From Laetmonice hystrix (lineage: Eukaryota), in the NCBI GenBank assembly GCA_965235115.1, contig OZ249451.1, positions 9,486,001 to 9,550,000 on the forward strand: a DNA stretch of 64,000 nt. Reading direction: 5' to 3'. Below, one piece after another: positions 13,977 to 26,323 of this stretch (position 1 is the stretch's first letter; each line of letters opens with the position of its first letter). The position numbers and the translations under genes are program-made. Under the pieces are notes generated by a model, which worked only from the letters and a program-made list of their open reading frames with translations, made no database searches and was not told the DNA's origin.

Positions 13977-14658
13977 TCATCCTGGTCTAGCGTCTGTCTG
14001 AACTCTCTGGGATCATGACACCCCGTTCGGACGCCGACCTCACTAGCGAACGCGCGACCTGAGTTTTGTTAAATTCAGAATTTTAAGTGATTGCTTAAGA
14101 TGGTTGTTCTTAACCTTGTGTTAACACTTTGTTTATACACTTTGTTTTAGATCAAAATATTTCAGTCAGGAAAGATAACTTGTAGTCTTATAGTCGTGTG
14201 CTTGCTATAGGAAAAACATTACATTAATTTTCTCTATTTTCGATGTTACTGATTTATCTGCCTTAATTGTCAAGCAGAGGTCTAATTAAACTTAGATACG
14301 ATTTGTTAGTCGTCGACAGCAAAGAAAATCGACCAAAACTATACACGGGATAGGATTTGTATTTTTGGTAATCTTTTGTGAACATCTTCAAATTTCGTCA
14401 GAATTAAAACATTATACGCAAATTTGATCCTCCCTTATTGATGCTGATTGTGTATCATGACTGGCGTCCATAATACCAGAATTAATTATGCAAAACATCG
14501 GACAACTTTGGTTCCTAATGTCAAGCCTGATGATTTAAGCCAAGGTTCAGAAACGTGGCACAAGCCCTAAAAATGGCAATATTGTACGGAAATAGAAATC
14601 TTGCAGCCAGACGTTTATAGGCATTATGTGTAGGCCTATATATATCCTTAATTGACAT

Positions 14659-14817
14659 GATGAGAGACTAGTACAGGGATGTGTAGTAATGATATATAGA
14701 TTGTACATATTGGAGGGGGTGGGGGTGGGTTACATGTTCAGGATGAGATACTAGTACAGGGATGTGTACTAATGATATATTGTACCTATTGGAGGGGGTG
14801 GGTTACATGTTCAGGAT
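14659..14817. repeat. Imperfect ~80-bp tandem duplication
   Basis: GATGAGA(G/T)ACTAGTACAGGGATGTGTA...GGGTTACATGTTCAG starts at 14659 and again at 14742. Confidence 0.9.
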
Positions 14818-15134
14818 ATATGAACCCTATGAGTCTACATGTATGTGTACATGCACCCTTTGTACAAGGTCATGACTTGTACTCTGTGACCGGAGCGGGT
14901 CTCCAGGCCGGGCGGAGTTTCCGAGGGGTGGGGAGTGGGGGTATAGGGGGATGCATGGCAGACAGACGGGTCTGAGTTCGTACCCTCTAACATATATCTC
15001 CATGGGATCAGACGAATCAAGCTGTGCTTGACCTCAGTCGCTGCGGTCAAGTTCCTGGGATATAGGAAATGTCGTGCAGGCGAAATATCACTTCCTGTAT
15101 GTTAGGATCCAATTTTAAGGATTTTAAGGAGTGA

Positions 15135-15235
15135 CTGAGACAGAGAGAGAGAGAGAAAGAGAGAGAGGCATACAGACAGACAGACAGACAGACAGAGTGA
15201 CTGAGACAGATAGATAGAGAGAGATAGAGAGTGAG
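15135..15235. repeat. (AG)n/(ACAG)n microsatellite
   Basis: Direct reading. Confidence 0.9.
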
Positions 15236-16551
15236 TTTAGAAAGCTATGTGAGAGAGAACTGTGTTGATATAAAAGGTAAGAACTGTTGTTAAGAGAGAT
15301 AACGAAAGAAGCAATACAGGACATTATGGTGATGGAGATGGACGTGATCTTTCCCGCTCGAATACAGATGTACTTTGTTCCCTTCCATTCACACATATCG
15401 AGCAAAGAAGATCTCATTATAACCCACTAAATAGTTCCAATAAATTCAAAATCTATATTTGTATCGGATACGATATTGTATCTGCAGAATATTCAATCCA
15501 TCGCCTAGGGTGGCAGTCGGGATTGGGGGGTTGGAGGGACTTGCCATTTTCAGTAGTCAGCTTTGGAAAGGGCAGTTTGAGCTTGTTATGGAGTTTAAAA
15601 GCACCGCTCCTAACTGTTACCCGGTTAAATGTATAGCAGTCGCTGACGGGGAAATCCTGGCGGTGCATCATATAGTGCCTTTACCTGTTCGCTCTCAGCT
15701 ACTCTGCAGTTTGCTAAAAGATCAAAGAAAAATTACCGGTTTTGCCCGGCTCGACCTGGTCGCGGAGGGAATTATGAACATTCCAACTACCCTGATTGCG
15801 CACATGTGAACGCGTCCAGCAAAATGAATTTTATGTAAAGATGTTTGTTCCGTTGGCTGATTACTAAGGGGAAGCCGGCGAAACTTGGCTCCGGGCCCAG
15901 TCTCTTTAGTCCAGCCCGCACCACACTCGACGGCCGCTAAAACACCGTAAATTTCGTTTTCACCGCCGGTCTCAGAATGTCCTCTGCTTTTCATGATTTC
16001 GAAAGCATAATTATCCAGCAGGATGAAGCCATACCGGTTCGCACTGGAGGTGACCGCGATTGAAAGCATCGCAAGGGCGTTATGGGACCCCCCCCCCGGG
16101 GGGGGGGGGGGCATGGTGGTGGTGGTGGTTGGGTGAAGGGTATGGGACAAGGACACTTTACGTGCTGCCAAGATTTGAGTCCAGCTTTACATGTTTTAAC
16201 TCTTTAGTTTGCGCACTAGTGAGGTGCCAGAGAATTGGGCAAGCCCGGTTAGGGAACCCAAGAAAACATACCCAATCATACCCTGGAGAAGCCATCAGTA
16301 TACTTAAGGACTAAGTATCATATGTGTTTTACCAGTTTACCTTCCCTGTAAGGTCATAGTATGTTCACTTGTTTTTACCCTCAACTTATTATTGAGCAGT
16401 TGTCAAATGAGACAATTATTGTTACTGGTGGAAATCGTAGTGCTTCACATTTAAAACGCTAGGTGGCAGGACCTTCTCTGCCATTGTACTTTTTCAGTAC
16501 CTTCCTTCGACAGAAATCGATCCGACGTTATACGAGAAAAATCAGAATTCC

Positions 16552-18250
16552 TACGCCCTCTATACGGACACATGGTACGACTATACGCCCTCTATACGGA
16601 CACATGGTACGACTATACGCCCTCTATACGCACACATGGTACGACTATACGCCCTCTATACGCACACATGGTACGACTATACGCCCTCTATACGGACACA
16701 ATGGTACGACTATACGCCCTCTATACGGACACAATGGTACGACTATACGCCCTCTATACGGACACATGGTACGACTATACGCCCTCTATACGGACACATG
16801 GTACGACTATACGCCCTCTATACGGACACAATCATGGTACGACTATACGCCCTCTATACGGACACATGGTACGACTGTACGCCCTCTATACGGACACATG
16901 GTACGACTATACGCCCTCTATACGGACACATGGTACGACTATACGCCCTCTATACGGACACAATCATGGTACGACTATACGCCCTCTATACGGACACATG
17001 GTACGACTATACGCCCTCTATACGGACACAATCATGGTACGACTATACGCCCTCTATACGGACACATGGTACGACTATACGCCCTCTATACGGACACATG
17101 GTACGACTATACGCCCTCTATACGCACACATGGTACGACTATACGCCCTCTATACGGACACATGGTACGACTATACGCCCTCTATACGGACACAATGGTA
17201 CGACTATACGCCCTCTATACGGACACAATGGTACGACTATACGCCCTCTATACGGACACATGGTACGACTATACGCCCTCTATACGGACACATGGTACGA
17301 CTATACGCCCTCTATACGGACACAATCATGGTACGACTATACGCCCTCTATACGGACACATGGTACGACTGTACGCCCTCTATACGGACACATGGTACGA
17401 CTATACGCCCTCTATACGGACACATGGTACGACTATACGCCCTCTATACGGACACAATCATGGTACGACTATACGCCCTCTATACGGACACATGGTACGA
17501 CTATACGCCCTCTATACGGACACAATCATGGTACGACTATACGCCCTCTATACGGACACATGGTACGACTATACGCCCTCTATACGGACACACGGTACGA
17601 CTATACGCCCTCTATACGGACACATGGTACGACTATACGCCCTCTATACGGACACATGGTACGACTATACGCCCTCTATACGGACACATGGTACGACTAT
17701 ACGCCCTCTATACGGACACATGGTATACGACTATACGCCCTCTATACGGACACAATCATGGTACGACTATACGCCCTCTATACGGACACATGGTACGACT
17801 ATACGCCCTCTATACGGACACATGGTACGACTGTACGCCCTCTATACGGACACATGGTACGACTATACGCCCTCTATACGGACACATGGTACGACTATAC
17901 GCCCTCTATACGGACACATGGTACGACTATACGCCCTCTATACGGACACATGGTACGACTGTAGGCCCTCTATACGGACACATGGTACGACTATACGCCC
18001 TCTATACGGACACATGGTACGACTATACGCCCTCTATACGGACACATGGTACGACTATACGCCCTCTATACGGACACATGGTACGACTATACGCCCTCTA
18101 TACGGACACATGGTACGACTATACGCCCTCTATACGGACACATGGTACGACTATACGCCCTCTATACGGACACATTGTACGACTATACGCCCTCTATACG
18201 GACACATGGTACGACTATACGCCCTCTATACGGACACATGGTACGACTAT
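16552..18250. repeat. 32-bp minisatellite, about 52 copies, with 33- and 36-bp variants
   Basis: Unit TACGGACACATGGTACGACTATACGCCCTCTA; it has no stop codon in any plus frame, which explains the spurious 442-608 aa ORFs. Confidence 0.99.
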
Positions 18251-20415
18251 AGTGAGGCCAAGATTTGTCGTGATACAATTTATATTTAACATAGCGTCAT
18301 GGAAAGACATTGACGTGGAAATTGATAGTGTATACATTGACATACACGCAGGAATATACGCACGCATGTATACACGTAATATGAGTGAATGACACATTGT
18401 ACATGCTATATATTAAAGTGTACCATGTGCTAGAGAAACTAGAGAAACATGCATTGACATGGTGATCATAACATGTAATTGTAGACTCCCAGCCAAAATT
18501 CGTCTCAGTATTTCATTGAGGTAGACCATGTTATTTTATTTGATTGAATAGGCCTATGACCTTTCTGTGATAATATTAGAATATACCGAAATCAAATTGC
18601 CTGCATGTCATAGGGACATGACACGGTTGTCTGGGTGTAGGATTGATGTCCTCACAGTTTATATAGCACAGGTGTCGGTGCACACCCCCCCCCCCCACGC
18701 CCCCAGAGGTAGGCCCCTCCCCCCCCCCAATGTCCCTACAGCACCTGCCATGCATCACTAACTATCACATGTCACGCATTTATTTATCAAAAGGTTTGTC
18801 TGACTTTTGCATCGTTCTTGAACCCGGCCCGGCGAGCTGGTTGTAGGGCTATTATGTACAGGTCTGCATGAGATTGTATGGGGGGGGGGGGGGGGCTCCA
18901 TGTCAGGACAAACTCAACCGCAGAGCCACCCCCCCCCCTGTCCGGATAGTGACCCGTATCAACTTGTACTGGCCAAGCTGTCGGGGTCACTCCAGACAGA
19001 CTCCAGACAGAAGAACGCAGCGTTTCAGGAGACCATTCGACTTCTCCATGCACTGGCGGGGGGATTAGAATTCAAAGTGGAGGGGGGGGGGGCTCAGTTA
19101 TACGTCACAGTACGAGTAACATAGCCTACACTTGGAGTGGATCGTGAGAAAATACACCCTATAACCCCCCCCCCCCCCAAATAAAAAAATAAAAAAAAGC
19201 AGTGCCATGTATGGAGCACCTGGACTGGCGTCAGTTTTCAAGTGAGTCTATGATACGTTTGTAGACATGACACGACCGGTCTGACCAGGCCCCTATACCT
19301 CTACCACAGTTTATCTTCATAATCTCAAAGGGAACGTATTCTTATTATATAAATCCGATGGCTAATATATATAACATCAAGTGTGAGGTCAACACTTGAC
19401 TTTACTGTGGATCACAATGTCGGGGTTAGACGTTTAATAGGTAGGGGTCTAATAATAGGCCTGTAGATATCGCCAAACACCTTCCCGACTCTGGCGACTT
19501 GCTATAGAACCTGGCGGCAAAAACGCTCCAGTACCGATTACTTTCGCCAGATGTCGCTGACTGCTGGTGGTACCTGACCTTGAGAATCATCGAATAATAC
19601 GGAGGCTGTATGCCCTGGCAGTCAATCATCAGGCACATTCATGTGGATTTTATGAAGTCCTAAGTGTGGCAGTGGTCCATGCACCTTCTATATTAATTTT
19701 ATACCATGTTTTGATCACCTTAAGCGGTTGCAAGGGTCCAAGATAGTAGGCCTATACTACGGACCTAGAATCTATAATATAAGCATCAACACCCACACCA
19801 ATAGGCTACAGATGTAGGCCTATATAGGCACAGAAAACGTTATCCTATAGTCGACGGTTGCCGAGTTCTTTTCTTTTTTTGACTCGGTGTAAATAACTTT
19901 TGACCAAGTGAACACCAGTGCATAAATCCACCGAGGCGGGAGCACCATTGTTTTTTTTCTGTCTACTAATTCACACACGGTGTGGTTCTCTTTGCCGACC
20001 AGTAGTTCTGCATTGAGACATGTTGGCAGACAGCCACGTGTCTAACTTATATAACAGACAGCGGGCAGTACCAACATGGAGGCACCAGGTGCATCATTTT
20101 TCTTCCGAACTCCTCGGTGTGACATACTTCCTTCCAATAAAAGCATCCCGCAGGTGTGGGAGGTATTAGAGAAGGTTTAGCCGGCGCGGCGCATGAATTC
20201 ACCCCAAGCCCCCCCCCCCCACCAAGCAGGAGAGACGCCTGAAGCCAGGGGTCCTGATTTGAATAAAAATATATTTAGAGATAATAATTGAGAAAAAAAT
20301 CTTGGCACACCATAATGTGTTATTTGCAGAGACTAAGTGCGAACTTTTTATTCTCGCGACTTTTGAAAGGAATAGTCTTTTGCTAAATGAGAAAGTCATG
20401 GGGTCTATATGCACG

Positions 20416-20506
20416 AGGGAGAGAGAGATTATAGAGAGACAGAGAGAAAGAGAGACAGAGACAGACAGAGAGAAAAAGAGACAGAGACAGAGAGAGAGAC
20501 AGAGTG
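20416..20506. repeat. (AG)n microsatellite
   Basis: Direct reading. Confidence 0.9.
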
Positions 20507-20712
20507 AGATGCAGTGATCTGTACTTTATGAGCACCGTTATTTTCACATCTCACCCCCTGGTCGCGTCACTGGCCTTTATCCAAACTTTCCATGAGAAAC
20601 CAATAAGTCCTTACCCTGTTGCCAGACGAATAAGGTCGAGGGAGGGGGGGGGGCAAACTCACCGACCATTTTCTTCTATATACATGTGTTGTGTGGCTAG
20701 ACTAACGTGGTA

Positions 20713-20727
20713 TGACCTCCCTGACCT
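20713..20727 (-). promoter_or_regulatory. Perfect DR3 nuclear-receptor element (AGGTCA-N3-AGGTCA)
   Basis: Plus strand TGACCT-CCC-TGACCT; motif match only. Confidence 0.3.
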
Positions 20728-21018
20728 TGTCGCTCCAGGTACTCCAAGGCGCGTTGCACCAAGACATTTTAAACCAAGTTATATGCTCACATGCAAGGGT
20801 TAACACCCATGACTTGTTTTTTTCTCCTAATCTCACCCTCTCTTCGCCATTCTGGCCGGTTCTTCTATCTCTCCTTCCGATTCTCCACACACAAAAAAAG
20901 TTATATACGGGCCTAGCAATTAATGTAGGCTGTTGTATTGCAAATGGTTATGAGGGCCGTGACCTTCAGTTGGTTTGATGTCAGCCATTTAATGACCTGT
21001 AGAAAAAACATTGACATT

Positions 21019-24000
21019 TCCGTTAGTAACGCATATACATGTACTTGGTTGATACAGGTGTAAGGATATGATATGATCCGTTAGTAACGCATATACTTGG
21101 TTGATACAGGTGTAAGGATATGATATGATCCGTTAGTAACGATATACTTGGTTGATACAGGTGTAAGGATATGATATGATCCGTTAGTAACACATACTTG
21201 GTTGATACAGGTGTAAGGATAGGATATGATCCGTTAGTAACGATATACTTGGTTGATACAGGTGTAAGGATAGGATATGATCCGTTAGTAACGATATACT
21301 TGGTTGATACTGGTGTAAGGATATGATATGATCCGTTAGTAACGCATATACTTGGTTGATACAGGTGTAAGGATATAATATGATCCGTTAGTAACGATAT
21401 ACTTGGTTGATACAGGTGTAAGGATATGATATGATCCGTTAGTAACGCATATACTTGGTTAATACAGGTGTAAGGATATGATATGATCCGTTAGTAACGC
21501 ATATACTTGGTTGATACAGGTGTAAGGATATGATATGATCCGTTAGTAACGATATACTTGGTTGATACAGGTGTAAGGATATGATATGATCCGTTAGTAA
21601 CGCATATACTTGGTTGATACAGGTGTAAGGATAGGATATGATCCGTTAGTAACGATATACTTGGTTGATACAGGTGTAAGGATATGATATGATCCGTTAG
21701 TAACGATATACTTGGTTGATACAGGTGTAAGGATATGATATGATCCGTTAGTAACGCATATACTTGGTTGATACAGGTGTAAGGATAGGATATGATCCGT
21801 TAGTAACGATATACTTGGTTGATACTGGTGTAAGGATATGATATGATCCGTTAGTAACACATATACTTGGTTGATACAGGTGTAAGGATATGATATGATC
21901 CGTTAGTAACGATATACTTGGTTGATACAGGTGTAAGGATATGATATGATCCGTTAGTAACGCATATACTTGGTTAATACAGGTGTAAGGATATGATATG
22001 ATCCGTTAGTAACGCATATACTTGGTTGATACAGGTGTAAGGATATGATATGATCCGTTAGTAACACATACTTGGTTGATACAGGTGTAAGGATATGATA
22101 TGATCCGTTAGTAACGCATATACTTGGTTGATACAGGTGTAAGGATAATGATCCGTTAGTAACGCATATACTTGGTTGATACAGTTGTAAGGATATGATC
22201 CGTTAGTAACGCATATACTTGGTTGATACAGGTGTAAGGATATGATATGATCCGTTAGTAACGCATATACTTGGTTGATACAGGTGTAAGGATATAATAT
22301 GATCCGTTAGTAACGCATATACTTGGTTGATACAGGTGTAAGGATATGATATGATCCGTTAGTAACGATATACTTGGTTGATACAGGTGTAAGGATATGA
22401 TATGATCCGTTAGTCACACATATACTTGGTTGATACAGGTGTAAGGATATGATATGATCCGTTAGTAACGATATACTTGGTTGATACAGGTGTAAGGATA
22501 TGATATGATCCGTTAGTAACGCATATACTTGGTTGATACAGGTGTAAGGATATGATATGATCCGTTAGTCACACATATACTTGGTTGATACAGGTGTAAG
22601 GATATGATATGATCCGTTAGTAACGCATATACTTGGTTGATACAGGTGTAAGGATATGATATGATCCGTTAGTCACACATTTACTTGGTTGATACAGGTG
22701 TAAGGATATGATATGATTCGTTAGTAACGATATACTTGGTTGATACAGGTGTAAGGATATGATATGATCCGTTAGTAACGATATACTTGGTTGATACAGG
22801 TGTAAGGATAGGATATGATCCGTTAGTAACGATATACTTGGTTGATACAGGTGTAAGGATATGATATGATCCGTTAGTAACGATATACTTGGTTGATACA
22901 GGTGTAAGGATATGATATGATCCGTTAGTAACACATATACTTGGTTGATACAGGTGTAAGGATATGATATGATCCGTTAGTAACGCATATTGGTTGATAC
23001 AGGTGTAAGGATATAATATGATCCGTTAGTAACGCATATACTTGGTTGATACAGGTGTAAGGATATGATATGATCCGTTAGTAACGATATACTTGGTTGA
23101 TACAGGTGTAAGGATATGATATGATCCGTTAGTAACGATATACTTGGTTGATACAGGTGTAAGGATATGATATGATCCGTTAGTAACGATATACTTGGTT
23201 GATACAGGTGTAAGGATATGATATGATCCGTTAGTAACGATATACTTGGTTGATACAGGTGTAAGGATATGATATGATCCGTTAGTAACACATACTTGGT
23301 TGATACAGGTGTAAGGATATGATATGATCCGTTAGTAACGATATACTTGGTTGATACAGGTGTAAGGATATGATATGATCCGTTAGTAACGATATACTTG
23401 GTTGATACAGGTGTAAGGATATGATATGATCCGTTAGTAACGCATATACTTGGTTGATACAGGTGTAAGGATATGATATGATCCGTTAGTAACGCATATA
23501 CTTGGTTGATACAGGTGTAAGGATAGGATATAATCCGTTAGTTACGCATATACTTGGTTGATACAGGTGTAAGGATATGATATGATCCGTTAGTAACGAT
23601 ATACTTGGTTGATACAGGTGTAAGGATATGATATGATCCGTTAGTAACGCATATACTTGGTTGATACAGGTGTAAGGATATGATATGATCCGTTAGTAAC
23701 GCATATTGGTTGATACAGGTGTAAGGATATAATATGATCCGTTAGTAACGCATATACTTGATTGATACAGGTGTAAGGATATGATATGATCCGTTAGTAA
23801 CGATATACTTGGTTGATACAGGTGTAAGGATATGATATGATCCGTTAGTCACACATATACTTGGTTGATACAGGTGTAAGGATATGATATGATCCGTTAG
23901 TAACGATATACTTGGTTGATACAGGTGTAAGGATATGATATGATCCGTTAGTCACACATATACTTGGTTGATACATGTGTAAGGATATGATATGATCCGT

Positions 24001-25224
24001 TAGTAACGCATATACTTGGTTGATACAGGTGTAAGGATATGATATGATCCGTTAGTCACACATATACTTGGTTGATACAGGTGTAAGGATATGATATGAT
24101 TCGTTAGTAACGATATACTTGGTTGATACAGGTGTAAGGATATGATATGATCCGTTAGTAACGCATATACTTGGTTGATACAGGTGTAAGGATATGATAT
24201 GATCCGTTAGTAACACAATATACTTGGTTGATACAGGTGTAAGGATATGATATGATTCGTTAGTAACGATATACTTGGTTGATACAGGTGTAAGGATATG
24301 ATATGATCCGTTAGTAACGATATACTTGGTTGATACAGGTGTAAGGATATGATATGATCCGTTAGTAACGCATATACTTGGTTGATACAGGTGTAAGGAT
24401 ATGATATGATCCGTTAGTAACACATACTTGGTTGATACAGGTGTAAGGATATGATATGATCCGTTAGTCACACATATACTTGGTTGATACATGTGTAAGG
24501 ATATGATATGATTCGTTAGTAACGATATACTTGGTTGATACAGGTGTAAGGATATGATATGATCCGTTAGTAACGCATATACTTGGTTGATACAGGTGTA
24601 AGGATAGGATATGATCCGTTAGTAACGCATATACTTGGTTGATACAGGTGTAAGGATAGGATATGATCCGTTAGTAACGCATATACTTGGTTGATACAGG
24701 TGTAAGGATATGATATGATCCGTTAGTAACGCATATACTTGGTTGATACAGGTGTAAGGATATGATATGATCCGTTAGTCACACACATACTTGGTTGATA
24801 CAGGTGTAAGGATATGATATGATCCGTTAGTAACGATATACTTGGTTGATACAGGTGTAAGGATATGATATGATCCGTTAGTCACACACATACTTGGTTG
24901 ATACAGGTGTAAGGATATGATATGATCCGTTAGTAACGCATATACTTGGTTGATACAGGTGTAAGGATATGATATGATCCGTTAGTAACGATATACTTGG
25001 TTGATACAGGTGTAAGGATATGATATGATCCGTTAGTAACGCATATACTTGGTTGATACAGGTGTAAGGATATGATATGATCCGTTAGTAACGATATACT
25101 TGGTTGATACAGGTGTAAGGATATGATATGATCCGCTAGTATACTTGGTTGATATAGGTGTAAGGATATGATATGATCCGTTAGTAACGCATATACTTGG
25201 TTGATACAGGTGTAAGGATATGAT
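21019..25224. repeat. 51/52-bp satellite, about 82 copies, 4.2 kb
   Basis: Unit GATACAGGTGTAAGGATATGATATGATCCGTTAGTAACG(C)ATATACTTGGTT, head-to-tail with no spacers. Confidence 0.99.
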
Positions 25225-25934
25225 TTGACTGCCTGGTATTCTACATGCCTGGTAATACTGGCCAACGATTGCCCCAGCCAAGTCTGAGCTGGATGTAGAT
25301 TGTGGCGCCGACTTGTGGAGAAAGTACGAACAACTTTGGCGCGTCCAAACGAGAGGACGCCCTAGAGACGTCTCGTAATTTTGTAAACCTAGTGGTTGGA
25401 ACTACTTTTTACCATTTTTCCATTTCCGTCCTCCCGATTTTAAGGGGCCCATCCTTGCTGATTTTCCTTAATGGATCACCCTGATTTTAATCCTTGATCC
25501 CCGAGTCCTTGTTACAGAGGATGGGAGTGAGCTCAGTGGAGTGCCACTAAACCGGGGTGGGAGTTCCCTCTTTACACACCAGGTGTCGCCACCCTACGCT
25601 GCCCTCAGATGTATGTCGGGGGCAAGGATTTTTAGGCGAGTGTTGCCAGGTATTAACTTTCTATTTTCAGCAACCAGACCGGGGAAATACGTACAACGAA
25701 TAGTTTGATCCGAAATATTTGAAGCGCAACTTTAATAGAATGTTAGAAAAAACAGGAAACCATTTTAAACACATCAGTGTTACACTATACAGGTATAACC
25801 TGAATGGTCTCTGCCTAGCAGGTTGTGTTATGATAGTATTCAAATATAGCATAGGGAAATCTACATTATGTCTCTCAAAGGTAACCCGTAATCTCCGTAC
25901 ATTCTGTATAAGCCCGTGTTATTCGTGCCATAAG

Positions 25935-25952
25935 TGGCCACCAGAGGGAAGC
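25935..25952 (+). promoter_or_regulatory. CTCF-like motif
   Basis: TGGCCACCAGAGGGAAGC, one core mismatch to TGGCCACCAGRKGGCRC. Confidence 0.35.
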
Positions 25953-26309
25953 ACGGGTGACGCGATTGGAGACAGTAGTCCATCATGATCATCAGCGTCC
26001 CTAGTGTTTTAATTTACCATGAAAGAAATCCCCCGCCTCTCCTGAATAGTTACCGTCCGTTATGTATTATATAATTAAGTAGGCCTATATTAGTTAATGA
26101 CTGAAGGCAACTTCATGCATGATTTTATATAAAAACAGGTGTTCCAGGCTCTGAGCTCTTGACCATATTACAAAGCGTAATGCAGTAATTTTAATTTCCA
26201 ATTAAATTGGGAAAGCCTTAGACAAAGTCCATAGATACTGATAGGTCTTACATTTCTAGCGAACAGCGGTGTACGGCCATGCTCGATTCTTGCGTACTTG
26301 TGTTCCCAT

Positions 26310-26323
26310 CCAGAAGGGGGCGC
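26310..26323 (+). promoter_or_regulatory. CTCF-like motif
   Basis: CCAGAAGGGGGCGC, one mismatch to CCRSYAGRKGGCRS. Confidence 0.35.

Noticed and set aside
16552-18250. CTCF-like TAGAGGGCG on the minus strand of every 32-bp unit
   Set aside because: Only the 3' half matches; three of the five 5' core positions mismatch.
16463-18392. ORFs of 608, 606 and 442 aa
   Set aside because: They lie almost entirely in the 32-bp minisatellite, whose unit lacks plus-strand stops in all frames; there is no domain and no splice context.
16552-25224. CRISPR-like appearance of the 32-bp and 51/52-bp arrays
   Set aside because: Units are head-to-tail with no unique spacers, there are no cas genes, and the context is eukaryotic.
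21594-25281. Multiple minus-strand ORFs (LLTDHIISLHLYQPS repeats)
   Set aside because: Translations of the 51/52-bp satellite.
25525-25570. Possible tRNA/SINE head (GAGCTCAGTGG)
   Set aside because: An A-box-like motif is present but there is no credible B-box or cloverleaf.
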